64,000 bases of DNA from Lingula anatina (taxonomy: Eukaryota; Animalia; Brachiopoda): assembly GCA_051362555.1 (NCBI GenBank), contig CM120643.1, forward strand, positions 744,001 through 808,000. The letters run 5' to 3'. A program made the position numbers and the translations under genes. This document shows positions 37,291-51,084 of the stretch, in pieces (within the stretch, counting starts at the first letter, position 1; the number at the start of each line of letters is the position of its first letter). The notes under the pieces are model-generated. The model saw only the letters and a program-made list of their open reading frames with translations, was not told the DNA's origin and made no database searches.

Positions 37291-39553
37291 TAAGGATAGC
37301 CAGTGACCTACAAAATGTCATTTTACTTTGGGGTGTGAAAGGGTCCGAGGCTTAATTTAATTAATTTAATCTAGTGTATTTTGAAATATGCGGGAAACAA
37401 AAACTTCCTGTGCATTTCTATTTTAGTGTATTGTTAATCAAATTTTATCTGTCAAATTATGGTAATTAACAAATAGAAAGGTCTGTCACCTAGCTCTTCC
37501 TGCCTCCCACCTATAGGATCATTTTAAAACTGAACCCTTGGAAGAGTTGTCACTTCTTCTTCAGTTCTGAGTGACCAGGGTGTGGACGCGAGGAGGGCAG
37601 GATACTAAGCAAAGGTATATTATAGTTTTAACCGATTCAACGAAACGTTCTAAGACAATGATTTTAGGTATTTGTTGGTAACATATCTTTGATGCATTTA
37701 AAAATTGGATTTGCCACCTGCATGTTGAACACTGGGTTTTGCCATCCACCAATATTTTCCCCACGTAATATTTCGTGTCCTCCATGCCTCCTTTATTTCA
37801 TCACGTAGGCCTACCTCATGACAGTGAAAATCGCGGTTGTGCCTCATGTTAAATACACAAAATTTTAAACTACATCAGAAGAATTAGAAGTGTCAATTAA
37901 GTTGTACATGCGAAATAGTCGAGATGGGGGAAATTCTGTTGAATGGCTCTTTTAAATTTGGCTGTTGAATTTAGAGAGAGGATTTTACATGTTTGTGTTA
38001 TGGGTCATAATTATAGTACAGCAAAAAAGTCAAACTTGAAAAATTAAAGAAAAGGGTAAAGGTTTAGTGATATACTTCCATTTCTAATTCTGGCATGTTT
38101 TCACAAATAATACCATAAAATGTAATATTTCGATCCAATGGAGTATGTGACCTAGTTAATACTTACACTGGTTCCTGCGTGAGTGATCATGAAAGCAACC
38201 ATTTTCAAGGCATAGGGAACGAATTGCTAGCGCCAATCTGCAAGTAATGCTTGAATTCAATTTTGATATTTCTCATTTATGGCTAATGTTGTCTAATCAA
38301 AACGCTCTCAAATTTTAAAGCTTTTGTAAAAATATCAAAAGGCAGCACATTTAACACCGCATAGTCATTTATAACAAAACTTGTTTTATATCGCCAAAGA
38401 ATATATATCCCCCCCCCCCCCCCCCATTTCGATTTCTGAAAAAAACTGACAAAGATATTCCCCTCTTAAATTAGAATTTTGACTAGCTGAGCCATAATTC
38501 TAAACCGTACCAAATTGCACCGTTCGCCCTCTGAAATGCCAAAAATTTTCGGGACCCGAACCCCACGCCAGAGTTTGCCTCCGTGATGTTTGTTAAACTA
38601 TTTGCGATATTCTTCAGCAAGACAGCAAGTTGTGCCTTTACGTTTATTTTAATGCAAATATAATGCTAAAAAAACTTGTTTTTCCAGTCCAGGAAAACTC
38701 GCAAATGAACCTCAATTTGACCTTGTCATCAAAAGACGAAATAAGGCTACCTTTAAAACTCTGTTCACGTAATTTTGCATGTTTGGTGATTCACGTCCAT
38801 TAGAAGAGAAATAAATCATACTGAAGCAGTCCTACGTTTTTGATCTTACAAATAATACATAATCAGTTCAATCCATTTTTAAAATTGTTTAATGCTTAGC
38901 TGTCAAAATTCTATCAAAAGATTAAAATTTTTCATATTTTTTATTTTCTAAAATAACTTGGCATTTACAATATTTTCAGTAGTATGTGTATTTGTTGTAA
39001 TTATTAGTTAATTATGACATGCATTTGTGGCATTAATTTGTTCAACAGATCTCACTTTTGCATAAAGATGAAGGGAACAGTCATGTGATCCTAAGTTTAC
39101 TCTTGTCAAAAAACCTGCTGCTTTTTAACAATTCTATCTCAGCAGCATCTTCGGTATATCGAGCAGCAGATGCAGAAATGATAATGTTCTTGTATGAGAA
39201 CATTATTTATGTTCAGAAAGTTACAAAAAATCGTTACAAATATTTGGACTTTGAAATATAATTTTGCATAGGTTTAATAATAACACACTTTGCAATTAAA
39301 TTGCAAAAATGCTATTTTCCAATAATCAATGTCTTTAGGGATTCCCTCATTCCCCACTGAAGTGTATCTCTAGTAGAATATTTGAACGCATTGGTTGCTG
39401 TTAACGTTAAATGTTAATTTTTTTCACAAACTGCTTGTGACAATATCTTGCAAAACATGGTAAAAATGTATTTTTCCTTCTAAGTAACAACATTCCAAAT
39501 TTCATGTTGTATATATTTGATTTTGAAAAAAATTTACAGCACCTTATGGTTAA

Positions 39554-39841
39554 CAGGGGCGGATCCAGGATTATTTGAAGGGAAGGGTCAGGAACGACAG
39601 GCGTCGAATTCGGAGATCAGCATCGCCACCTTGGAGTGGGGTTCGGGGCCTGCTCAAGGACCCCGAAAATTTTTTGGTGTTATGGAGCCCTTTGGTACGG
39701 TTTAGAAATATGATTTAGCTATTCAAAATTCTTATTTCAAGAGGGGAATATTGGTGCGATATATTTTTCAGAAACCAAAGGGGTGGTGGGGGGGGGGGGG
39801 GGGTCAGGACCCGTCTGACCCCCCCTCTTAATCTGCCACTG
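39554..39841. mobile_element. MITE with CAGGGGCGGATCC...ATCTGCCACTG termini
   Basis: Short TIRs; interior similar to 831-1108 (reverse) and 15735-15900. Confidence 0.75.
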
Positions 39842-40538
39842 GTTTCCATTTAGAGCTCTTTACATAATATAAAAACATGGTAAAAATTAAATATTAAATT
39901 GATATTGAGACAGTGGTAGATTTTTGTTCTATACACATATATGTTAAAAAATCGAATACAACTTTGAATTCATTCAGTTTTGGACACTTCAGCACGTGAA
40001 ATGCATCTCTATATTGGGTTTGGGTGTAAAGCGTTGTTCCTGACATTTCTCGTGTGTTTTGCTAGGGTTCATTCTGGTGTCAACTAGCAGGCTAAGGTGT
40101 AAACTATGCATATTTTTTCCAGGACCAGATACAGCCGTTTACAAACAAGAGGGGTCCACGTGATCAAGTACTGCCGGTAAGAAAAGCTTTTCAACAGTAA
40201 ATCTTTGTGCCTTTGGGAGTTATGTCAGTGTGTCTGCTGTCCATGGTGTTAGGAAATGTTTCATTAAATTATTTTGTTCATGCAGTTTTGCAGACATTTC
40301 TTAGTATGTTCGCCAAGGGGAAATTATCTGGTGGTTTCTGCCCTGAATTCCAAGGGCGTGATAACATTCAAAAGCACGCGTAATTACGATCCCCAAATGA
40401 AATGGGTTGTCTTGATTTTTAAGCAAGATATTTCTAAATGTCCTCTGCATATTTTGATGAATTTTTGAGACGCACAGATATTCAGATGGGAAAGAAATTA
40501 TTACGATTACTGAATTTGGGTTTCCACGTATTTTTATA

Positions 40539-40573
<35 letters not shown>

Positions 40574-41774
40574 TACCATTATTTACCATTAACTTGGAGG
40601 TCTGCATTCTTGGAGTATTCTCTAAGTATATTATTCATTCATTTTGGATCATGTCTAAAATAAGACAACCTCGACTTATTTCCTGCTTGCCTATATTTTG
40701 GACAAGGCAATTACTCTATCCCATGTGATATATCATTCATTAGTAACAATTTAAGACCCCGTCAGTTTAAGTAAAAAAATTGCTAAAAATAATTTTCTCA
40801 TTTCAGAAACCCACCGAGGTACAGCTCAACATGCACCTCTGGCAGCCTTACCTTTGGTTCACATTCAGGAACTCTGCGCTTATTCAAGCATTTATTTTAT
40901 GAGAATTTAATAAATATATTTCTCTGGGATTTTGTCTTATATTTTGATATGAAAAAGTATGAAAATGATAGTAGTAATAGATAGAAAAGGAGTGTGAAGA
41001 TATCAATATAATAGCTATTTCAGCAGTTTCAAATTTAATCTACCTAATATAATATTGCCCCTGGTATTACATGAAAATATTTGAAAGAAAAAAGGTTTAA
41101 AAGCTTTGCAAACGTACCTTGTATTTTTAAAAACGATATGTATCTTTAAAAACGATAGTATTTGAATACTTAAAAATCTAAAGTCTGCTGCAAGGCTGTA
41201 GGTGAACCAAAATATTTCCTATAAACACATTTATAAAGTGTAATTGCACACCAGCTTTTTGAAGTTTGATTTTGTTTCTAAATTTTTTTCTAAATCTTGT
41301 TCCATGTCATGATATTTTCAACGTACGTCAGAACAAATTTGTCCATCCTCCAGAATATCATTTCTTCACTTTTCATAATGTCATTCATAGTTTTTTATAG
41401 GACATTCTTGTGTTTTTTGCTACTGCCAATTTGACTATCTAAATACTTGTGTATATACCATTTAATTACAAATCTGAATAAAATGATCAAGTGAAAAAGA
41501 GTCTGCCACTTTTTAGTAAATGATATGTTTTTAGTAAATGGCTGTTCCAGAAATTGGGACGTTTTATTTTGATTATATAGAACTGATCACATGCCTCTGA
41601 GTGCTATTCTTTTTAAATTATTTGTATGTACTTTGCCTGGTCTATTCAAAATAATATTCAAATTATTTCCAATTCCTCTGTGTATTTGGAAACCAATTTT
41701 GAATTCCAAGTAGTCCTATGCAGTAAATGCTCTTACAATCTTTAATCGTCTCACTTATCAACCCTAATAAAGTA

Positions 41775-42430
41775 ATTGACTACCCCTACCTGTCATCCCT
41801 CAAAACGTAATGGACTTTTCCAACCTGTCACCCCTTAAATTTAAATGGACTTTCCCCACCTGTTGCCCCTTAAATTTGAATGGGCTCGCCCCACCTGCCA
41901 CCCCTCGAAAACAAAATGGACTCATCCCACCTGTCACCCCTCGAAAATATAATGGACTCGTCCCACCTGTCACCCCTCAAAAATAATGGACTCTTCCAAC
42001 CTGCTTCCCCTAAAATTGAATGGACTCGCCCCACCTGTCACCCCTAAAAAATAATGGACTCTTCCCACCTGCCTCCCCTAAAATTGAATGGACTCGCCCC
42101 ACAATGGACTCGCCCCACCTGTCACCCCTAAAAAATAATGGACTCTTCCCACCTGCCTCCCTTAAAATTGAATGGACTCGCCCCACCTGTCACCCCTAAA
42201 AAATAATGGACTCTTCCCACCTGCCTCCCCTAAAATTGAATGGACTCGCCCCACCTGTCACCCCTAAAAAATAATGGACTCTTCCCACCTGCCTCCCCTA
42301 AAATTGAATGGACTCGCCCCACCTGTCACCCCTCAAAAACAAAATAGACTCTTCCCACCCCACTAAATTAAAAGGACTAGACCGACCTGCCTTCCATCAA
42401 CAACGAATGGACTCGCCCAAACTGTCACGT
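41775..42430 (+). repeat. 34-bp minisatellite with a 68-bp alternating dimer
   Basis: aatggactcgccccacctgtcacccctaaaaaat alternates with aatggactcttcccacctgcctcccctaaaattg. Confidence 0.93.
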
Positions 42431-45400
42431 TCCAAATAGAGAGTTCTTAAAATCCAAAGTATATCAATACTACTATTATTTTCACTTTTGTATCTATAAA
42501 ATCTAACTGAAAACGTCTTCAAAAAGCGTATTTATTCAGGCAAAAATTATTTACGTTCACAAATGTCAGAGTTAAGTTACAAATGATAAAATAAAAGTTT
42601 TCTTCTACAATGTATATCATCATAACGAATTTTACAATAGTAAATCACAATAAATATTCGTACTCGAATTTCAACTTGCGATCTAGTGAAGATGCAACTT
42701 TAAATTTGAAAGTTGTGATATGTAAGCACTTTGAGATTATATTATGGCTTTTCATATTATAGTATAGGGTTTATATTATGAAACTATGGCATAACAAAAA
42801 TTGGGAAAAAAAACTGACTGGTTCAGTGGAATCAAATTAAAGTTTTATCATCTAATTATATTCATTTTATTATTTATATCGATCAATCCTTATGGCATTA
42901 TTTGATAATAAAAATAATTGATGTCTGACTTTAAGAAAAGTGAAGCACGATCAATCTTAGTGCGCCATACGAGTATGCAGAAAATTTATTTTAAAGCTAT
43001 CATTTTGAAAATACGGAAGACTAGGTCAGCTTCTATCAGTCGTATATGCATTTTGCAGCATCTTGGCAAAGGAAATTACAGTGTTCTGAAATAAGAAAAT
43101 AACACACGTTAATGGCACAATTAAACAACCCATGCCACTTAAAGTAAGTTAAGGTAAAATGATAATGGAAGAGGCATGCAGTTCAAGATCCAAACTTCTC
43201 CGATATTTCACAAATTTCAATGGATGTCGTTCACCCACATCTATATCACTACAAGAATGACATGAAAAACACGACCAATATTAATATTGGATAGCTTTCT
43301 CAGAGTAAAGGTTTAAACTAATACGAAGAATTCCGTCAAGGAACAGAATATATTATTGAACTGAGTAAAAAGTTTATAGACGGCAAATGACATAGTGCAT
43401 AATTTAGTTTTCTCGTGAATGATTAACAGATCTAATAATGAACAGCACAATATCACTCTTGTACAACATGTAAAGATCATTATAAAAACCGGAAAACATC
43501 CCACGGAAACTAATTCTCTTTAAATCAAGCAAGATTTTTCACAGTCCAGTTTATAATGTTCTTACTGCATGAATTGTTCCGAAAATACTAATTTTTTTCA
43601 GGTGTCAAATTAACAGTAAGTCGGTTTAATTTGGCTGAATCTGGACACCAAAAAATGATATAAAATATGACAACTTTCTTCATATAATTTATGTCTCTTT
43701 TGACGGCGTTTTTCTCGAGATTATCATAATATTTCCAAAATCCAGTGTACCACCCAGACTAACAAGTAGTAAAGGCAGTGTGAAAATATAAGGATATTAT
43801 TTCTTGGTAATTTGAACTCGAAGAAATGCGGAAATTTTGTAAGAAACGTCTTTAGCACAAAGAACATTTCGGTCATTATAAACGACACAGTGTCCATTAA
43901 ATTTCGAATTTTAATTATTTTAAGTATTAAAATACATGCTTCTGACAAACACTTACATACAAGTTGCATGAAACTCACAAAACCGGAAAACCAGAAAATT
44001 ACTCGTATGCCAATGACATAGGCGGTAGTTATACACTAGTCTAACTATCGAGTTACGCAAAATAAACTGTACGCGTTCCCCTTCTTGTATGCCTTGCTTG
44101 CTGAAAAGATGTTACTCACAAGACAAATTTATTCCAATGAATAGAATATTCGGCCTTGCGACTTCACCACACCTAGCCTGCGTCCTCTTCTTCCACGCCC
44201 CAGCTGTGAAGTGTCTGATCTGGGTGACATCTCACACTGCGCTGAACGTCTTACTATGAAAATGAATTATTTACAGCATTAAAATTATGGAAATATAACA
44301 TTTTGTGAACTTCATTAATATAAATTAAAATTAAACAAACAGAAAAAATATCTGTAAATAAAACAAGTCGAAGATTTTATGTATGTTATGCATGCAGTGT
44401 CAGGTTCAGAATTGTTAAAAATCGTTACAGTACATGTGGACAATTCTGCAGTAACGTGGGCACATTTTGCCGCTACATGTTGGGATTTCTAAGGAATTCT
44501 ACGCTTTATTAACAGTGTCTTTTGTAGATTTACATTTCTTCCTCTTTTTCGACTGAACACACGATAAATGTAATTAAAACTTTCCAATATGCATTTTACG
44601 TAACGGGGTTACTAGAAATCAACATAATTTAGAATTAATAAGAGTATATCTTCAAGTTTACAGCGAGGTGACAAGTTGCAGATTTGCCCACACATATTTT
44701 CAGAGACAAATAGAAAACATTTCTATTCTTGGAAATTGATATATGATAATTTTCATACAGATATTATTTCTGTTAAATAAGAAATTCAAATCTAACGTTT
44801 CTGGTTCGAAAAAGGACGGGTATCAAACCCGACACAAAAGTATACATAAATTACCCTCACAACACTATGATCAGATAGAGCACTGTACTACAACATAGTA
44901 ATATAAAATTAACAAAAAGAGCAAACCAGCGACGTGCAGGGTGGACGCTTACTACGGATGTAATTACTGGGAGAAGTTTCATTGAATTAACCGATTACAG
45001 TGACGTCATATTTGCTCCGTAACACTCGTCCAGCGGCCATTCTGGAGGGAAAGAACGACGGGGAATAGTAGCGTAAATATAGGTGAACCAAATAAAATGA
45101 AATAATCTTCATATCGTGATCAAGTACACCAAAAGGAAAATAGTATATACATGTGAAAACTTCAGCTGATCAGCGTGATCGACCCATATAAACTCAAGAC
45201 AGTCTAAAGACGTGAAATCCTGACCTACCCCTGTATCCCAACATCGTGGAATGTTGTCAGAAGCTAGTTCAGTTATCTTGTACTTCATTTTACTTGTTCT
45301 TTGGGTAATAAAAGTTACAGCTTTAGAGAGTTTACTGTGTAATCATAAGTTCAACCTTTCATAGAAGCAACTTTGTACATAAAGGATAGATATAAGGAGA

Positions 45401-46526
45401 AATTTGAGCTGACTATCGGGATCAACCCTTACGGACTCAAAAAAGAGAGTATGCAGGGTTGTGACAAGAAATATTGCTGTCAGATATGATTTAACTGTAC
45501 ATCATGAAGCTGTCAGAAATTATTTCAGCATTCTTGTGCTTCATTTTGGTTCATTAGGAAGTATTTGTAACATGACTGTTGTTTGAGAGTTCAATATTTT
45601 ACCATGAATTCAACCATTCACACTAGCAACATTGTTAGCATTTTATTATTAGTCCAGACCTTCACAGAAGCAATGTATTTTTCAAACTTATGACATTCAA
45701 TGTAACATAACAACAAGTCAGTTCATGAATTGATCTTTATTTGATTGAAAATATAGGAAAATGCACATTTTGTATGGATAAAAGTAAACATGAAATGCAA
45801 AACATTGTTGCACAATTCAATGACAGATTATCAGGGTCCCTTTCCTTTTGGTTGATAACACTGACATGAAAAATATTTCCATACTTTTAATGATGCAATG
45901 CAACATGTACATGAGCATATTAAGTCGAATCAAGCCACCATAATTTGAGAAACCTGTTTAGTATATTTTTAATCTATGTCTAGAGAAATGCTTGATTGAA
46001 GACTCACAATTGATATGTGCTGTGTGGGTATGTACATATTAGGCCTTAGATGGTGTTACTAAGCAGTTTGTAATTTTATTTAGGAGAATTCCACAACTGG
46101 TGGTCACAATTTAAAAATGCACAACAGTGACAACCTACATGTACAACAGCCATCTGTTTCTGCATATCAGACCATCTGTGGGAGGTGCACCATACAAAAT
46201 TTTATATTTCTTGCAAACTTTTCCATTTAGCCTTTAAACATATGAGAAAGAAAAAAGTGTTTTCATTTCTTCTTGTGCTTCTGCTCACAATTCTAAATAA
46301 ATAGAAAACCTGTCCTTGTTGTATGCAAGCTATCAGGATAACAACTTTAAAACAACAAATGAACAATGAAATAAATAAACAAATCCAATTAAATAACTCC
46401 TGTCATGCACTGAATTTCACTCTCCTGATGTTCAGATCCTGTCTCCTCAGCTGGTCACAAAGATATAAGAATATTTTTTCGCTGCTTCTACCTTGTGTGC
46501 CATCTAGCTGCCTTTTGTACCTGTCA

Positions 46527-46570
<44 letters not shown>

Positions 46571-48469
46571 CCAAGATTTATTTGCACCCAATCATTCAGT
46601 GTGGCTTGGTGGGAAAATTTCAGATCAATTTCCTAAATGTAAATTAACAAAAAAAGGTAACAATAGTTATTTTTATTCATATTGTAACTTGCATCATAAT
46701 ACAGTAGGAAAACACAGAATCAACATTTTTCAAATTCATTTCATAAGTTCATTCAATTAAATGGTACCTGAGCTAGAATATATACTTACAAAACAGATTT
46801 ACTCTTAACACTACACTAAATCTAAAATCAAGCCACTAACTTCCAAATACACATGACACAGGTAATTGATTTAATTGGCCCAGCTGAGCTGTGTACATTG
46901 TACTGTAGCCTTGACACTAATTGACAATAATGCTAACCAGGTATTAAAGAGGTAGATGACAGCAGATAAAATCCAAAGAGCACCATAACTGATAACAAAT
47001 TACACCCAAGGCAATAAGTGAGTCTTCATAATGAAAGTCGAAACCCTGCCTGGGTATTTCCACACGTTTTTACAACACACTCTCCACCAAGACTTTTTGG
47101 GCACTACTAATATGCAGTGTACGTGCGCTCATATCTTATACACCTCGGTCATTGGTTTTCTACTTTTTTTCTTTTATGGTAAAGGCTGCACAGCTGGGTC
47201 TTCATTCTTTGCTGTAAAATAAATTAGTTTTATCCTTTACTTGTCCGATGAGTCTTGATTCAAAGCCACTCCTCAGTCTCTCCTCCGTTTACGGTTTTCG
47301 TCCCTACACCTTGGATTGTTACCACTGCAGGCAGTCTGTGAACGCTTGTTAAGTTATTTATCTTCTCTCTATCATATACCCTGCAGTAATTCATCATTTT
47401 ACTCGGTTTAATATCAAAGAAAACACAGAAATTAAATGCTAAATTGTACATGTAGACATGATCATGCGCAGCAGACGATTCCGGTCTCCCTCCAGTATGG
47501 CTGCCGTTTGTTTTGATGACGAGGGCTACAAAAGGGTGCCCAAAAGCCATTGAGGGAAAACTAAGAGAAAGTATCCTTCACGTCAGTTAGATGTCCACGT
47601 GGTCATTATGCCTAGAGTGCACCGTTTCGAGAAAATATCATCAATGAAAAACTAAGAAATGCTACAATACATTTTCTATCATCTGTACGTAACTTACGAG
47701 ATACTGCCGCTGGTTTCAGTGCCATCTTTTCGGCTTACATGTGGCAGTAGCAGTAATATGGCTTATGGGACATCCTTCTCCGTCTTCTACTGACCTTGGT
47801 CCTACCTGAACACCTTTCACTAACATGGTCACCTGATTTACATAATAAAGAGGTCACCTACTTTCTGTGCGAACGCTTCGGTTTGAATTATAATCTGGTT
47901 TATGAGCAGGCACAAAAAATCTCCATCTCGAAAAGAGGATTAGGGTTTGAAAAAAGTCATAATGACACACACACAGACAACAAAAATGAATAAATAAAAA
48001 TAAAAACGCATTTTAAATGCCAACAAAGTTTATATGGCGTAACTCAGCTTTCATAGGTCGAATGAACGAACTGGGGTGGGATTGTGATAGATAAAACAGG
48101 ATTCTCAGCGTGACCGTAAGGTTATTGATATTTCTTTCTTTCTTTCTACTTCTTGAAAGATCGATGGACACTTTTAAAGGAAAATCTTGACGTTTCACAG
48201 GTTTATTGAATTGTCCACCTTACAACAAGGCGAGACCCCCATGGGCCGGTCTGTGCGCTGTGAAGACCAATCGGCGTAACACCTTGCCCGGCGTCCGCTG
48301 TTAAGGCTGCCTGTTCCCCGTATAGACTGATCGGCGGTCGTCTCGGTCTCCCTAGACGGTGAGGAGGGACAGTGAGAACTTGCCCAGCTTCCACGGTAGA
48401 GTTTGCTTGGTCGCAATAGGTGTTAGTCTCCGGTCACCTCTTCCTCTATCAACTCTTGTTTTCTTCCGC

Positions 48470-48675
48470 AAAAGCGATTCTGGTTTCTCAGAATAGTTTT
48501 GAAAAACGACACCAGTTTCTTGTTGGCAGGTTCGTTTTTTTTTTAAATATGACAATAGTTTCTGGTTGCCAGGTTCGTTTTTTTTTTTTGAAAAACGAAA
48601 TTAGTTTCTGGTCGCCAGATTCGTTTTTGAAAAACGCAATTATAAACTAGACACTAGTCATTAACTTCAGCGCCC
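48470..48675 (+). repeat. ~40-bp degenerate tandem array (tttgaaaaacgacac.agtttct.gttgccag), also at 51905-52100
   Basis: Both arrays end cta...taacttcag. Confidence 0.75.
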
Positions 48676-48679
48676 CAGT

Positions 48680-49370
48680 CTATGGTCTACTGCATGCTGC
48701 AATCTGAAGTTTTTACTACGTTTGACAAACCAAACCGCTCTACAAAACCACCTGGAGGGAACAGAAATTATCTTCTCTGTTGCATTCAGTAGCTCAGCAG
48801 ATTGTTTTAGTGTGTATATGTTCGTGTGTGGGTGTGTGTGTGTGTGTGTGTGCATGTGCGTGCGCGTGCTTAATATTCAGCACCACAGCAATGGCGATAA
48901 TAATGCAATTCGATCTGGCAAATATACAAATAAAGTCGTCATTTATGAAAATAACACCAACAGTATATGTTATCTACAATCTATACGGGCATCATCTCTG
49001 CTCACGGTCAGCTGACATTTTTGACCTGTTTACTATAGGTATCCAAACCATGTAAAACTACATCAGTGTAATATGATGTAAAATGTTTTGATAGAATAAA
49101 TAAACCTATTATTAGAACCTTTGAATAGATTAAACTATCAAAATCGGCCAAGTGCTAGTATTTTAATCGAACTGAAAAGAAAAAAATACATGCACTGTAC
49201 TAATATATTATTTCATAACGAAAACTTCAGATAATGAAACAAAACTTCGACTAGGCTGTGCAAGACGACCTCTGAGGAAGCCTCTGTCGACAGAGCAGCA
49301 CCGCCGACTACTTCTGCAGTGGACTAGGATCTAATAGCGGCACAAGAATGGAATCATGAGGATTTCGCCG
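48680..49370 (-). repeat. Repeat X, inverted copy
   Basis: Reverse complement of 36600-37290, including the (TG)n tract. Confidence 0.88.
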
Positions 49371-49523
49371 ATGAGGTCAGATTCAACCTATACATTCGAC
49401 ATAATCAAATTAAAATTCGCACACTTCCTGAAGAGACCTACGACGAATCGTGTGGCGTTCTTAGAGTGACTTAATAAGCGATGTCAGCATTTGTGGCTGG
49501 GTTGGAATCAATCCTTCGAAAGA

Positions 49524-50020
49524 TGTTACCTACATTTCAAGAATTTTGTAGAATACGCGCCTAAAAATTTTGTATTAACATCTTCATAATAGAAACAAAA
49601 ATATCATTAACGCAGTTTTGTTTTATTTGAGGTATAAATTTATTTTGTCAATTATCACTTCGATGCGTAAAACAAAAATTGAACGCCTTAGCAGAAATAA
49701 ACTATCATATTATAAATAATCACCACCGCCACCACCGTCAAAAGTCATGGAAGCGGGACATAAAATTTTTTGGGCTATTTTCACCTTATTATGGATTAAA
49801 ATGAAAGACTTTACTACGGAGTTCGTTTGGATAAACACTAGGACATATGACTCTAAGGAAAACGAAGTTTTTGGGTGAGATTTAGTGCATAGTGCTTAAG
49901 AAAAAAAAAGAGGTTATAGCAGACGATCGCGTAGCCCGTGTTTACATTGCGTATAATAATTTCTTATGGCGGATTCGTACCCTCACTGACCCCAATTGTT
50001 ACACTGCCCCCACCCTTTTA
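49524..50020 (-). mobile_element. Probable 3' LTR (49524-50003) with polypurine tract
   Basis: Minus strand reads aaaagggtgggggcag followed directly by TGTAACA..., contains a TATA-like motif and AATAAA, and ends ...GGTAACA. Confidence 0.55.
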
Positions 50021-50240
50021 AATTTTATCCCCCTGAATCAACAACAGGCGGTGAGGTAGCTTGACATCCTTTTATTATTAGAAAAAAAAAATGATAAATT
50101 AAAATTGAATCTCAGCTCAAATGTCGGTGACAATTCACAGTTCATTCAGTTCATAGTTCATAAGTGCACAGTCAGTTAGGAGTTATAGTGAAATAAAGAA
50201 ATCAACTAGCAAATATCAAAAATGAATTAACACTAGAAAT

Positions 50241-50797
50241 TTCTAACTACATGTATTTCCTTCTTGCCGTCTGGGTAAATTACTTCTTCTTCTGAATTTC
50301 CTGACACGAGCATACAATTTGGCATTTCCATTCTGTACTCATATGGGGGAGGGAAGGGATGGTTTGGAGATGTAGGGGTGTTCCTCATCTTTTGAACACC
50401 ACCCCTCCACCGGCAGTATGGGGGTCATATCCATTGTTATTCCTTTTCCACCTTGCGTGGGTCTTCTTACTTTTGCTGAGGGCTCTTTACATTTCTAAGT
50501 TGGTTGGGGTGACTTCCTCGAGTCAAGTAAAGAGATCTCTTCTTCTGTGTTGACAACTAACTCTAGGGGTTCTTGGTGTCTGGCCGCCTTGTGTTTCAGT
50601 AATTCTTCTTCAGTGGCATAAGCTCTTTCACAGTCCCTTACTTCACATTGGTATTTTTTATGAGCACTTGACTCATGTCGTCTCCTATTCGAGCGGGAGG
50701 AGAAGCGTAGACTACAATATTTGCATTTCTGCCCAGGCATAGCTAAAAGTGAATGTGGATTTGGTTTGATTTCTTCTATTGATTCATTCATTACCAT
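50241..50797 (-). pseudogene. Two-finger C2H2 ORF with a disrupted C-terminal extension, probably LTR-element cargo
   Basis: CKYCSLRFSSRSNRRRHESSAH and CEVRDCERAYATEEELLKHKAARH; coding-like sequence continues past a frameshift and stops. Confidence 0.6.
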
Positions 50798-51084
50798 TTC
50801 GATCTTTTCTCGTAACCTTTAGGGAGGGGCGAATTACTCAGAGATTAGTAATACATAAATAAAAATAATAATTATACTGCCTAATTCTTTTTTTGCATAA
50901 GCCAAATAAGGTGTGTACCAAAATTCCCGTCCCTCCCCTAACAGTGGCCTGGTTGCCCCGACCTTTGGACAGCTCTCCTCATCCTCCATACTCAGGGAAG
51001 CTGAGAGCTTTGAGCAACTTGAGCCAGTCGAGACAAGAGTGCCACCGTCCAGGTAAGGGGTAGGGAAACTCGCACATCATTAAG

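Noticed and set aside
41240-44250. Possible decayed coding sequence on either side of the minisatellite
   Set aside because: The frames I translated have stops and no motif I recognise; would need tblastx
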